From an uncultured Gemmataceae bacterium (GTDB lineage Bacteria > Planctomycetota > Planctomycetia > Gemmatales > Gemmataceae): DNA of 64,000 nucleotides. The notes under the pieces were generated by a model that searched no databases, was not told the DNA's origin, and saw only the letters and a list, made by a program, of their open reading frames with translations. The translations under genes and the position numbers were made by a program. The stretch's first letter is position 1. Each line of letters opens with the position of its first letter. The stretch spans positions 3,040,001-3,104,000 of the forward strand of contig CAVVPN010000003.1 of NCBI GenBank assembly GCA_963750165.1, in the 5' to 3' direction. Below are positions 1 through 10,258 of the stretch, piece after piece.

Positions 1-119
1 AGCGGAGATTCCCGTATTTAATGGGCGGGGGTGGCATGGGTGGCATGGGTGGGTTCGGCTTTCCCGGCGGCCGCGGTGGTTCCGGAGCGCTGGGGCGTCT
101 GGGCGGCGGGCGTTATTGA
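1..119 (+). CDS. 3' end of an upstream gene with a Gly/Met-rich tail (partial)
   Basis: Frame from nt 3 reads RRFPYLMGGGGMGGMGGFGFPGGRGGSGALGRLGGGRY-TGA(117-119), convergent on the next gene. Confidence 0.45.
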   Translation, partial: RRFPYLMGGGGMGGMGGFGFPGGRGGSGALGRLGGGRY

Positions 120-143
120 GTGCCGCGCCACCACCCGTCCCGG

Positions 144-677
144 TTACGTTTCGCGCGGGTGCTGTCGGCGGCGGTTGCGCCGGGCGTGGCGGCTGATTTG
201 CAGCCACTCCGCCCGCAGACCGTCGCGGTCACCGGGCGGCCCGGTCAGACCCTTGCGGACCAGGTGCCGCCAGACCTGGTGATACAGACCGCCACAGGCC
301 GCGTCGTCGCGGCGGGCGCGGATGGTCGCCGCCGAGCGCCGCTCCGCCTCGGCTTCGCTCATGTGCGTGTCGTAGAAGGCGCAGCCGAACGGCGCCGCGT
401 CGTGAACCGCACACTTGCCGTCGAAGTGCCACTGGCAATGGCCGTTGGCCTGGCGGGCCGGGACCAGCGTGGGGAAGGGTTTTTCGGGCAGGGCGCGGAG
501 GTGTTGCTCGGCCCAGCGGAACAGGTCCTCGCCGGGTGGACAGAGGCGCGTCAGGTCGTCCACGTCGAGGCTGCCGGGTAGGTGGCGGCACGGGGCGGCA
601 CAGTAGGCGCAGTCGCAGACGGTGCGGCGGAAGCCGTGCTGTTCACGCTCCGGGCGCGGTTCCCCATCGGCGGTCAT
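144..677 (-). CDS. YkgJ-like cysteine-cluster (Zn/Fe-S chelating) protein
   Basis: CDCAYCAAPC ... CQWHFDGKCAVHDAAPFGCAFY matches the CxxCxxC / C..C.(I/V)H..(R/A)P..C..(F/Y) pattern; ATG at 677. Confidence 0.65.
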   Translation of the reverse strand: MTADGEPRPEREQHGFRRTVCDCAYCAAPCRHLPGSLDVDDLTRLCPPGEDLFRWAEQHLRALPEKPFPTLVPARQANGHCQWHFDGKCAVHDAAPFGCAFYDTHMSEAEAERRSAATIRARRDDAACGGLYHQVWRHLVRKGLTGPPGDRDGLRAEWLQISRHARRNRRRQHPRET

Positions 678-785
678 TGCGATTCCCACGAAGAATGGTC
701 AGCGCCGGGTTAAGTAAGTTACTGCCGCCGTCAGTCCTGCACGACGAGTTCATCGATCTTTTCGCCGGCGGTCTTGCGCACCATC

Positions 786-1121
786 TCAGTCCTCCGCCCC
801 GCCGCCATCCCCGGAAAGTTGGTCGAGTTGCTTCTGGGACCTCACTTGCAATAGGTCTCCCCAAAGCCGGTGCAGTCGGTAGCGCAGCTGGTTGGCTGAT
901 TTCAGCTCGTCAGGGGAGAAGTCTGCCTTCACGTCTCCGGTCCAGTCAGAGAGGTGGAGGGTGTAGAGCGCGCGCCCCCGGGCGTCTTCCCGCCTCTCCC
1001 ACTCGGCCTTGACTCGGGCAGCCGATGGCCCAAGGATTTCCTCAAGGCGATTCGTCGCTTGCTGCAGGAGCGCATGTTCTTCGCCACGCTGCCTGGTCTG
1101 GTCTGTGTATGTCACGTTCAT
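786..1121 (-). CDS. Hypothetical protein (~111 aa)
   Basis: Protein-like ORF starting MNVTYTDQ; lower GC than the flanks. Confidence 0.65.
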   Translation of the reverse strand: MNVTYTDQTRQRGEEHALLQQATNRLEEILGPSAARVKAEWERREDARGRALYTLHLSDWTGDVKADFSPDELKSANQLRYRLHRLWGDLLQVRSQKQLDQLSGDGGGAED

Positions 1122-1212
1122 GGGGCTTCCCCGAGATTCCGCCCACGCAAAGGTGGTGACCAATGGTTTTATACACTTCTGCCAGTCTTACGTCGTCAAG
1201 CCCATGATCGCT

Positions 1213-1320
1213 TAGAGCTATTGCAGATTGCGAATGAGTGTAGCGGAAGTCGCCAGACTTCCGAGCAGCACCGGACGGAAGTCTGGCGACTTCCGCTACA
1301 CCCAACTGCGAACCGCTCTA
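1213..1320. mobile_element. MITE-like shell TAGAGC...GAACCGCTCTA enclosing a GTAG-type REP hairpin
   Basis: Inner perfect 26-bp inverted repeat 1238-1263/1276-1301 (GTGTAGCGGAAGTCGCCAGACTTCCG); outer ends match 14185-14309. Confidence 0.6.
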
Positions 1321-1330
1321 GCGGACAAAA

Positions 1331-1399
1331 GGCGAGCGGCGCGGCGTAAGCCCGCCGGTAACGCGATCTCACCGGCGGGCTTACGCCGCGCCGCTCGCC
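1331..1399. repeat. 29-bp inverted repeat, GGCGAGCGGCGCGGCGT family
   Basis: 1331-1359 is the reverse complement of 1371-1399; second copy at 14310-14389. Confidence 0.85.
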
Positions 1400-1489
1400 G
1401 CCAGCGTGAGTTTTGTCCGGTAGCTCTTAGGGCGTGCAGGTCCTCGACCAGCGCCGCGCCGCGCGCCTTCAACCCTGCTGATCCGCCCT

Positions 1490-1747
1490 TCATGCCGAGC
1501 GCCGCCCATCCGCAAGCAGCCCCGACAACCCGGACTGCTCGTAGCGACGGCAGGCGCGCCAGACGGTCGCCTCGTCGCAGTCGTTCTGTTTGGCAACCTC
1601 GCCCGTGCGGCGGCCCTCGGCGATGGCCAGGACAATGCGGGCGCGCTGCACCTGGTATGTGGGCAGGCCATGGCCCTGCGCGATCCAGCGCAGCACCGGT
1701 TCATCGGCGGCGGCGAGCGTCAGCCGTCGCGGTTTTCGTCCACGCAT
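1490..1747 (-). CDS. Stand-alone helix-turn-helix resembling the IS630-family transposase N-terminus
   Basis: RARIVLAIAEG...EVA....CDEATVWRACRRYEQSGLSGLL is the typical IS630-type HTH pattern; no DDE domain follows. Confidence 0.6.
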   Translation of the reverse strand: MRGRKPRRLTLAAADEPVLRWIAQGHGLPTYQVQRARIVLAIAEGRRTGEVAKQNDCDEATVWRACRRYEQSGLSGLLADGRRSA

Positions 1748-1896
1748 GGCGGCGGTCCCCCTCTGGCTTCTTGTTCACGGTCGCAGGATTTTAAGCGCCC
1801 TCGACCGTCCGGCGGTAGGGCGTTGGGATCAGGCGCCGACCCCCTGGGACGGGCGCTCCCCGTGCTGGGATGGGAGCCCGAAGGCTCTCGGTTTTT

Positions 1897-2664
1897 TCAC
1901 AACGTGTTGCCGAACAGTTCCTGCAATTTCTGCCGATAACTGCGGCTCAGCGTGAGTTTGGTGCCGTCGTGCAGCAGCACCACATAGTCGCCGTGAAACC
2001 ACGGCTGCAGTTCCTGGATGCGTTCGATGTTGACGATGGTGGAGCGGTGGATGCGGAGGAATTTATCCGGGTCGAGGCGGCCTTCCAGGCCGTTCATGGT
2101 CTCGCGAAGCAAGTGCGACTCGCTGCCGGCGTGCAGTTTCAGGTAGTTGCCGGCCGCCTCGATCCAGTCGATTTCCTCGACGCGCAAAAAGAACACCCGG
2201 CTGGCGGACTTGATGACGACACGGTCCAGAAACTTCCGGCCGCCGCGCGCGTCCTCCAGCAGCGCCCGCAGCTGCTGGCTGACCTCGTCGGTCTGCGCCC
2301 GGCCGATCTGCGTCCGCGCCCGCGCCAGCGCCCGGGCGAAGCGCTCGCGGTCGAACGGCTTGAGCAGGTAGTCCAGGGCGTGGACCTCGAAGGTGCGCAG
2401 GGCGTAGCGGTCGTAGGCGGTCACGAAGATGACGCTGGGTAATTGTTCGCTGCCGAGCGCCTCCAGCACGCCGAAGCCGTTCAGCTCCGGCATGCGCACG
2501 TCCAGGAAGAGCAGGTCGGGTTTGTGGTCGCGGATGGCGGCGACGGCCTTGACGCCATCTTCACATTCGCCGATGACCTCGACATCAGGCTCCGCCTCCA
2601 GCAGCGCCCGGATGCGCTGCCGGGCCAACGGCTCATCGTCGATAATCAAAATGCGTATGGCCAT
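1897..2664 (-). CDS. LytTR-family response regulator
   Basis: REC domain (IIDDE, FLDVRMP, FVTAY, LLKP) plus LytTR domain ([16 protein letters not shown]). Confidence 0.95.
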   Translation of the reverse strand: MAIRILIIDDEPLARQRIRALLEAEPDVEVIGECEDGVKAVAAIRDHKPDLLFLDVRMPELNGFGVLEALGSEQLPSVIFVTAYDRYALRTFEVHALDYLLKPFDRERFARALARARTQIGRAQTDEVSQQLRALLEDARGGRKFLDRVVIKSASRVFFLRVEEIDWIEAAGNYLKLHAGSESHLLRETMNGLEGRLDPDKFLRIHRSTIVNIERIQELQPWFHGDYVVLLHDGTKLTLSRSYRQKLQELFGNTL

Positions 2665-3874
2665 CAGTCTCCCCCCGGGGTGGGCCGTGGTCGAACGACT
2701 GGGCGGCGCACACAGCCTGGTCGAACGGGTCCGGCGGGCGGTCGTCGGCTTCTCCGACTCCCTCGCGGTAAGGTACGGTGATGGTCACGACCACACCGCC
2801 CTCCGGTGGGCTGCTTATTGCGAACCGGTGGGCGTCGCTGTATAGCTGCCGTAGCCGGGCACGTGTGTTGGACAGCCCGACCCCTTCCGTGTAATTCGCC
2901 GCCAGACCGCCGCCATTGTCGCGTACCTGCAAATGCAAGCAATTCTGCTCACGGCGAGCCGCGATGGCGACGCGCACCGCGCCGCGCCGCGGCGCCACGC
3001 CGTGCCGGATAGCATTCTCGACAAGCGGTTGCAGAAGAAGGTTCGGGATCTGCGCGTCCATGACCTCAGCGTCCACGTCCAGCAGGACGCTCAGGCGCGG
3101 GCCAAGGCGGGCCTGTTCGATCTCCAGGTACGGCTTGATGAAGTCGAGTTCCTGGCGCAGCGTCACTTCCTGGGTGCCGGCCGTGTCCAGGGTGGAGCGC
3201 AGCAGTTCGCCCAGGCGGGCGATCATGCGGTCGGCCAGTTCCACGTCACGGTGGATCAGTGCCGAGATGGCGTTGAGCGTGTTGAACAGGAAGTGCGGCT
3301 GTAATTGCATCTTGAGTACCTGGAGCTGCGCGACGGCCAGTTGCGTCTCCAGCTGCGCGGCACGGAACTCCCGTTCGCGGTATTTCTGGTACAGCGCCAC
3401 CGCCTGGCCCAGACCGAGCACGACCCAGAAGACAGTCAGGTAGTAGAGGAAGCGGGCCCCGAAAAAGAGCTGAAACAGATCCCAGTCGCTTTTGCCCTGA
3501 ATGGGGGACCAGTCGGGGCGAACGATGCGTTCCCAGGGCACGTCAAGGGCGACCTTGAGCAGGGCGAGGCCGACGGAGGCGGACAGCAGGAGCAGCAGGG
3601 GCCGCCGCCAGTGGTGCTGCCCCACGGGGAAGCGCTGGGCCAGCCACCACATCACCGGCGCCAGCAGTCCCAGACCGTACCACCCCGCCATCGACAGCAC
3701 GACGCACTGCGTCAGCGTCATGTCCTCGCGCTGCAGCAGGTTGATGAGGAACCAGGTCTGACTGGCCTCGAAGGCGCCAAGGAACGTCCACAAGGCCAGT
3801 TGCAAGCCGACCCACCACCACAGCGACCGCCGTAGCAGGAGGTCCGTTGGGGCGATGGGAGAGGGGTGGGACAT
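2633..3874 (-). CDS. LytS/YehU-type membrane histidine kinase
   Basis: About 4 TM segments, [36 protein letters not shown]; overlaps the LytTR gene. Confidence 0.93.
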   Translation of the reverse strand: MSHPSPIAPTDLLLRRSLWWWVGLQLALWTFLGAFEASQTWFLINLLQREDMTLTQCVVLSMAGWYGLGLLAPVMWWLAQRFPVGQHHWRRPLLLLLSASVGLALLKVALDVPWERIVRPDWSPIQGKSDWDLFQLFFGARFLYYLTVFWVVLGLGQAVALYQKYREREFRAAQLETQLAVAQLQVLKMQLQPHFLFNTLNAISALIHRDVELADRMIARLGELLRSTLDTAGTQEVTLRQELDFIKPYLEIEQARLGPRLSVLLDVDAEVMDAQIPNLLLQPLVENAIRHGVAPRRGAVRVAIAARREQNCLHLQVRDNGGGLAANYTEGVGLSNTRARLRQLYSDAHRFAISSPPEGGVVVTITVPYREGVGEADDRPPDPFDQAVCAAQSFDHGPPRGETDGHTHFDYRR

Positions 3875-3920
3875 GGTGGCTACAACGCCCTTCGGGTTGG
3901 TGTGTCGGCGGAAGGATCTG

Positions 3921-3962
3921 CTTCGTTCGTAGTACCGCCTTCAGGCGGTACTACGAACGAAG
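3921..3962. repeat. GTAG-type REP (CTTCGTTCGTAGTACCGCC family), single collapsed hairpin
   Basis: CTTCGTTCGTAGTACCGCCT-TC-AGGCGGTACTACGAACGAAG palindrome; related copies at 16820 and 27438. Confidence 0.85.
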
Positions 3963-3973
3963 AACGCACCGGT

Positions 3974-5521
3974 TCACGGCAACTTCAACGCCGTGCGCCA
4001 CTGCTGGGCGGTGGTGCCGGCGTCCTGGCCGGTCAAGTGGCGCAGCGCGTCCAGCGCCGCTTGCCGATAGGGCGAGTCGGCCTCCTGGCCCTCGAACTCC
4101 GCCAGATACACCGCGGCCTGTTGCCTGGTCAGCACCCGCGTGCGTACCAGGAAATCGAAGCGTTGCATCTCCGGCCAGGGTTTGGCGTTGGCCACCTTTT
4201 GCAGCAGCGAGAAGTCCTGTCGCAAGTAGGTGACGTCGGCCCGCACCAGGATGTCGGGGGTGCGGAACTGGCTGTAACTATCTAACGGCAGCGGCGTGCC
4301 AGGAATGGGCACCGCGCCGATGTCGGCGGTGATGTGCAGCTTGTCCAACCCGACCGACTCGGCCCGCACGCTCTTGTCCTCCACCTTCGGGGGCGTCTCG
4401 GTCGCCCGGACTTTACCGAACAATTCGGGCGTGTTCGCGGGCGGATGGCACAGCAGGCAATTGCGGTGATGATTGATGCGCACGAGTTCCCGCACCACAG
4501 GCACCTGCTGGCCGTTGACCATCTGCGGGGTCGGCGCCCGCGGGTCGGGCTCGTCCAGCAGCTTCACGAGTTCGGGCAGAAGGTCGGTGCGTTTGAGCCG
4601 CACGATGGCGTCGGCGGCGTTCCGGGCAACCGCGGGCCAGGGGTAACGCAGGCCGCGCAGCAGCAGCGGCGTCGCCGAAGCGGGGGCACATTTTTTCAGC
4701 GCCTCGACGGCGGCCAGGCGCGTCTCCGTGTTCTGGCCATAGATCGCCAACCGGGCCAGGGCCTCCACACTACGGCCCTTGTCCGGGCTGTTTTTTTCGA
4801 TGACTGCCAGGCACTGCGCCAGGCCCGGGTGAAAATACGGTTCCGGGCCGAGAACCTGCATCAGGACGGCAACGGCTGCCGCGGACTCCTTGCCCTTTTC
4901 TGTTTTCAGTTGGTCGCCGTACTCTGTCCAGAAGCCCTGGGCACGCTGTCGCAACCATGTCTTCTCGTCGGCCGGGTCCGGCTTGCTGCTCTTGGTTACG
5001 GGCTGGGCCGCTTCCACGGGTAACAGGTGCCGCACCTGACGAAGTTCTGCTTGAAACGCCTTGCGCTCCGCGGACGTGAGCCGGCAAGCATCGCCCAGCG
5101 TGAAGGGCAATCCCGCCAGGTCGGGGCGACTGGCCAGCAACCGCTCCATGAAGCGATCCGTTTTCTGGCCATTGAGGAAATTGATTTTGGCCAGCTGTCG
5201 GGCAATCTCGATCATGGCCTTTCTGCTGGCCGCCTCGCGTTCTTGTTTGCTCTTGCCACTGAACTTGAGGGCGTCCGGGTCCTGGAACTGCACTTCGGGA
5301 ACGTGCGTCAGGTCCGCCACGATCAGATTGCGGATCGGCACCGTTTTCGGCGGCACTGGCAGCAGATCCTTCAAGGGCGTTTTGGGGTCGATGTCGAAAT
5401 GATAACGATCAACCCAGATCCAGGGGTCGCGTTCGGCGCGCAGGGTCGGGGCCGCGGGGCCGAGGACTAGGAACGCCAGCGCCACGACCACGGCTCGTCT
5501 TGTCCAGGGAGTTCTGGCCAT
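3974..5521 (-). CDS. Exported HEAT-repeat protein with one CxxCH motif
   Basis: Signal peptide; HEAT-like repeats (TRLAAVEALKK, VARNAADAIVRL); RINHHRNCLLCH. Confidence 0.7.
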   Translation of the reverse strand: MARTPWTRRAVVVALAFLVLGPAAPTLRAERDPWIWVDRYHFDIDPKTPLKDLLPVPPKTVPIRNLIVADLTHVPEVQFQDPDALKFSGKSKQEREAASRKAMIEIARQLAKINFLNGQKTDRFMERLLASRPDLAGLPFTLGDACRLTSAERKAFQAELRQVRHLLPVEAAQPVTKSSKPDPADEKTWLRQRAQGFWTEYGDQLKTEKGKESAAAVAVLMQVLGPEPYFHPGLAQCLAVIEKNSPDKGRSVEALARLAIYGQNTETRLAAVEALKKCAPASATPLLLRGLRYPWPAVARNAADAIVRLKRTDLLPELVKLLDEPDPRAPTPQMVNGQQVPVVRELVRINHHRNCLLCHPPANTPELFGKVRATETPPKVEDKSVRAESVGLDKLHITADIGAVPIPGTPLPLDSYSQFRTPDILVRADVTYLRQDFSLLQKVANAKPWPEMQRFDFLVRTRVLTRQQAAVYLAEFEGQEADSPYRQAALDALRHLTGQDAGTTAQQWRTALKLP

Positions 5522-5653
5522 GCTTCAGCCTCCTGCGGTTGGGGAAACGCCGACGGGTTCATCACATTTCCGCCAGTCTAATGCGGATCGCGTGAAGAGT
5601 AAACAAGGCTTATGTAACTTGTACGGCGTCTGGCGGGGTGATGTGCGACGGCC

Positions 5654-8600
5654 CTACGCCAGGCCATGCTTCTTCAGCCGGCTCAGAAACGTGCTGCGGT
5701 GCAGTCCGAGGGCGCGGGCGGCCTCCGCCTTGTTGCCGTGGGCCGCCGCCAGCGCCCGCACGATCAGCTCGCGCTCGCGGCGGTTGCGCTCCGACCGCTC
5801 CAGCCGCATCCCACCGGTCAGCCCCGCCGCGCGGACCGGCTGCCAGTCGAGCCCCGGCACTGCCTCGGCCGCGTCGGCGGACTGGGCGATCTCCGGCGGC
5901 AACTCCTGCACCGTGATGACCGGTCCCTCGGCGATGACCACCGCCCGCTCGATAACGTTCTCCAGCTGGCGGACGTTGCCCGGCCAGGCGTAGCCCTTCA
6001 GCGCCGCCAGCGCGTCGTCGTCGATCTGCGTGACCGCCTTGCGGCAGCGCTGCGCGGACTGGCGCAGAAGTACAGCGCCAGTTCGGGCACATCCTCCCAG
6101 CGCTCGCGCAGCGGCGGCGCCACGATCGGGAACACATTCAGGCGATAAAACAGGTCGAGTCGGAAGCGGCTCTGCTGGATCAGCGTCTCCAGGTCCTGGT
6201 GCGTCGCCGCCACGACGCGCACGTCCACCTTGATGCTGTCGCTGGAGCCGACGCGCTCGATGGTCATTTCTTGCAGGACGCGCAGCAGCTTCGTCTGCAC
6301 TTCCAGCGAGATGTCGCCGATTTCATCCAGAAACAGGGTGCCGCCGTGCGCCAGCTCGAAGCGGCCCGTCTTGTGGTCAATGGCCCCGGTGAATGCGCCG
6401 CGGACGTGTCCGAAGAGTTCGCTTTCCAGCAGGCTCGGCGTCAGCGCGGCGCAGTGGACTTTCACAAACGGCTTGCCGGCGCGGCGAATGTTCGTGGACG
6501 GCGCGCGCCAGCAGTTCCTTGCCGGTGCCGCTCTCGCCGCGCAGCAGCACGACGGTGCGGTCGTTGCTGGCGACCTTGCGCACCAGATCGAGCAGTTGCC
6601 GCACCAGTGGGCTGTTGCCAACGATGCCGTCGCTGACGTCAACCTTGTCGGCGTCGGGCGGCGGCGTGGCGGGCGGCCGGCGCAGCAGTGACTGCTTGCG
6701 TAGCTGCGTCTGCAGTGCCAGGATGCGCCGCTGCTGTTCGGAAATCTTCTCGACCTTGGCCTGCAAATCGCGGTTGAGCACTTCAATGGTGCGGTGTCCC
6801 TCGGCGTTCTCCAGCGCCAGCACGGTGATCTGCGCGAACGCCGCCAGCAGGTGCAGGTCTTCCTGTTGATAACTGCGCTCCTTCGGCCCGAGCAGCAGCA
6901 GCGCCAGCAGCCGGCCCTTGTGGACCAGCCCGTGCGCCACGGCGCCGCCCAGCAGCTGCAACTGGCGCTGCTCCAGGCGCAGTTCACCGCGGCCGGGCAC
7001 GAGCACGGCACTGCGGCGCTGCAGCGCCTCAATGAGCGGACAGCCGGGCGCCAGCTCCGCCACCGGCGGCTCCGGCCCCAGCGTCGCGGCCAGGCGGTAC
7101 AGCGGCGGCTCGCCCTCGCGCAGATACACCGCCCCCCGCGGCACGCCGAGCAGGTCCGCGGACGCCTGCAACAGCCGCCGGGCCAGCGTCGGCGGATCGA
7201 CCAGCTGTTCGACGGCCTGGCCGAGGCGCTGCAGCGTGCGGTCGAGGTGGTGCTTCTCGCGCGAGAAGCGGCGGTCGAGCGCTTTTTTCAGCCGGCTGCG
7301 GGCCAGGTCGAGCGCCAGCATGAGCACCAGTGCCGTCGTGCTGACGGTCAGCGCCTGCGTCAACGACGGGCCGGCGATCACCTGGCTGAACACCAGGGTG
7401 CCGAGGAAGACGACGCCGTAGTAGGCGACGCCCATGCCAACGCTGACGAGGAAGTAGCCGACGCCCGAGGTGATGATCTGGTCGAGTTCCATCAGGCGGT
7501 AGCGCGTGATGCTGACCGCGAAGGCGACTGTCAGGCTCGCCGAGGCCGCGAACATCGGCCAGGTGGCGGCACCGGCGCCGAAGTCGTCCGGCTTGCAGAC
7601 GGCCAGGTAAAGCGAGTAGCCGATCGGCACCAGTGACAGAACGGCCCCGCACAGAATCCACTTGACCTGCTGCCGTTCCATGCCCTCGCCGACGGAGTAG
7701 AAGCTGTGGACCAGGGCCACGACGCTGGCCAGATACCACAGGGCGGCGACGCAAAGGTAGACGTAAATGGTCTGGCGCAGCAGGTCCAGGGCGGCCCCCA
7801 CCTCGTCGGGGGCGGCGTGGCTTTGGTAGGTAATGCGGGCGTGCAAGTAGCAGGCCACCAGCGCCGCCAGGAAGGCGAGCGGCACGCCGTAGATGACCAC
7901 CAGCGTCCAGCGCGGATGTTGCACCAGGACGGCCTTGGGCCGCGGGAAGACGAGATAAAAGTGCAGGCTGACGACCGGCAGCAGCACGCCCGTGACCATG
8001 AAGCCGAGCAGCAGCACCGGTTGCGTGGCGATGTGCGGCCAGTGATAGCCGCCCATGTACGCCCCGAGCGTGACGATGCACAGCAGGAAGAACTGCGACG
8101 CCGCCGGGTCGCGCGGCCGCTTCCAGAACACCAGGGCGCCAACGACGAACAGCGATAGTTTCAGCAGGAACCAGAGGGTGGTCGGCACCAGGTCATCAAC
8201 GGGCAGACCGCCAAGGGCGAGCCAGCCGTGCAGCAGCGTCTTGTGACCGGTGTCCGGGTCGATGCGCTGGAAGACGGCATGGACCAGGATCAAATCGTGG
8301 CCGTCGTGGTGGTCGCGCCGGGCCCACGCTGGCCAATCGCTTGCCGCGCTGCCTTCCAGGGTGGTGCGCACGCGGCGGGGCATGCCCAGCAGTTCAGGCC
8401 AGGAGTCAATGGGCTCATCCGCCACCTGCACCACTTCATCGCCGCCGCGCGGCGTCAGGCCGCCGGGCTGGTCCGGCTGGAAAAAGCGCGGCTTCGTCCG
8501 AATCTCCTTGCCGAACGCGCTGCGCAGGCCCAGGTCCGGCATCGACAGGATGTAGGCCAGCACGCCGATGGCGTGGGCGCACACCAGCACCGCGGCCAGG

Positions 8601-8692
8601 ATGAGCAGGCAACGGCGCAGTCCCAACTGATGCAGCCAGAGCCCCAGCCGCCGCAACCAGACGGGTTCGCGCGACAGGTCTGAAAGTCGCAC
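5654..8692 (-). CDS. Membrane-bound sigma-54-dependent activator (TM sensor-GAF-AAA+-HTH), two apparent frameshifts
   Basis: Multiple TMs, GAF-like region, [42 protein letters not shown]-terminal HTH ([16 protein letters not shown]). Frames shift near 6480 and 6065. Probable GTG start at 8692. Confidence 0.85.
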
Positions 8693-9016
8693 CTCGACCC
8701 CCTTCGACGGTAGCGCCGAAAGTTCGGCGCTGCGTCTTAAGCTGCTATTCCGTAAGCTTTTATTGAGGCGAACGGCGCTTCCACTCCGACGCCGTGGTTC
8801 CGATGTCTGTTTACTGTAATGGACGCAAAGATTAGAGTCAACCGTCCGGTTCGATCCCGCGTCGCCAACCGCCCGGAGACGCCACAATGAATGAATGTGC
8901 GAAAGTCCTCAGTTTCAAATGGGTTAAGACAACCATGCTGGATCGTGCGTTGCCAGATCCTCTTTTTTTTTGCCAGCCCAACCATTCTTTTCAAAGCACC
9001 TATCTCCCCAGGAGCA

Positions 9017-9049
9017 GCGCCGAAATTCGGCGCCGAAGCGCCGAAATTC
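9017..9049. promoter_or_regulatory. Palindromic putative enhancer (GCGCCGAA-n-TTCGGCGC) plus half site
   Basis: Palindrome 9017-9033 and repeat 9038-9049; same palindrome at 8712-8731; lies in an AT-rich intergenic region. Confidence 0.5.
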
Positions 9050-9193
9050 AAAGTCAATTGCCTGAACTCGGTTTGTTTTTTCATGGTCGAAAAAGAGGTT
9101 CCGCTTAATAAGTTTGCCACAAACGTCGTACTTCAAATGCTTTAGTGAGATGAAGAACCTGCGAACGCTCGGGCGGCAGCCGGCCCCGGCCGT

Positions 9194-9210
9194 TTGGTAT
9201 GGGGAATGCA
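9194..9210 (+). promoter_or_regulatory. Sigma-54 (-24/-12) promoter
   Basis: TTGGTATGGGGAATGCA: GG at 9196-97 and GC at 9208-09 with exact N10 spacing; divergent from a sigma-54 activator. Confidence 0.65.
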
Positions 9211-9291
9211 ACCGGGAGGGCCGACTTTTTGCGAACTGACGGTGTTGCCGGCTTTGCGTTGCGAGGAACAGATCGGAAGGGGAGCAGAGGC

Positions 9292-10179
9292 GTGAAGGCA
9301 TCCAGTGATTGGTTGGCGGCGGTGGGGATGGAATTTAGCGCGGGGGAGGGCCGATCAGGCGTGGCCCCACTGACGCACTACACCGTCAACTACCGCGAAT
9401 GGGGCGAAGGGCCGCCGTTGGTTCTGGTGCCGGGGCTGGCGGGCGGCTTCGAGTTGCTCGGGCCGCTGGCGCGGCTGCTGGCGCGGCACTTCCGCGTCAT
9501 CAGTTACCAGCTCCGCGGCGAGGACGACAGTTTCGCCCTGCGCCGCCCGTTCACGCTCGGAGATCTGGTGCAGGATCTGGCGGAGTTCCTGGACTGGCAC
9601 TGCCTGGAGAGCCCGACCGTGTTCGGCGTCTCGTTCGGAGCGGTGCTGGCCCTGGAGTTGGCGGCCCGGGCACCGCACCGTTTGGGGCACCTGATCGTGC
9701 AGGGCGCCGGGTCGCGTTTCGAGTACGGGCTGCTGCACCGCGTGGCCGGCACGGTCCTGTCGCGCTTCCCGCTGCCGGCGGACAATCCGTTCATCAACCA
9801 ATTTTTTAACCTCCTGTTCGGCGGCCGTCAGGAACCGGGGCCGCTGTTCAACTTCGTGACCCGGCAAATCTGGCAGACCGACCAGAGCGTCATGGCCCAC
9901 CGCCTGCGCCTGGTTGAGGCGTTCGACCTCAGCGGCCGCCTCGAGCGGCTGCGGATGCCGACGCTGCTCCTGGCCGGCGATCGCGACTTGCTGGTGTCGG
10001 AGCGCAGCTTGCAGACGCTGCACAACGGCGTGCCGCACGCCCGGCTGGTGCGCCTCAAGGGCTGCGGCCACCTGGCGTTCGTGACGCAGCCGGAGCGCGT
10101 GGCCGCGGAGGTGCAGCGCTTCCTGCGCCGCGATGAGGTTGCCCTGCTGAACGACGAGCCGCAGAACGACGCGGTGTAG
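9292..10179 (+). CDS. Alpha/beta-fold hydrolase
   Basis: LVLVPGLAGG, nucleophile elbow GVSFG, GDRD, GCGH; start uncertain (9292 GTG or 9328 ATG). Confidence 0.88.
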   Translation: MKASSDWLAAVGMEFSAGEGRSGVAPLTHYTVNYREWGEGPPLVLVPGLAGGFELLGPLARLLARHFRVISYQLRGEDDSFALRRPFTLGDLVQDLAEFLDWHCLESPTVFGVSFGAVLALELAARAPHRLGHLIVQGAGSRFEYGLLHRVAGTVLSRFPLPADNPFINQFFNLLFGGRQEPGPLFNFVTRQIWQTDQSVMAHRLRLVEAFDLSGRLERLRMPTLLLAGDRDLLVSERSLQTLHNGVPHARLVRLKGCGHLAFVTQPERVAAEVQRFLRRDEVALLNDEPQNDAV

Positions 10180-10258
10180 GTTTGCCGGGGTGCGGGGCGT
10201 GGCCTATCCTTGCGTGTCCGTTGCGCCAGGTGGCCCCACCCTTTTTTCGGACGCACCC

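Noticed and set aside
21..60. GGMGGMGG tail suggesting groEL
   Set aside because: The tail continues with unrelated residues and the preceding sequence is not GroEL-like; too little is visible.
8737..9301. Short ORFs in the AT-rich gap
   Set aside because: Overlapping and motif-less; better explained as a divergent regulatory region.
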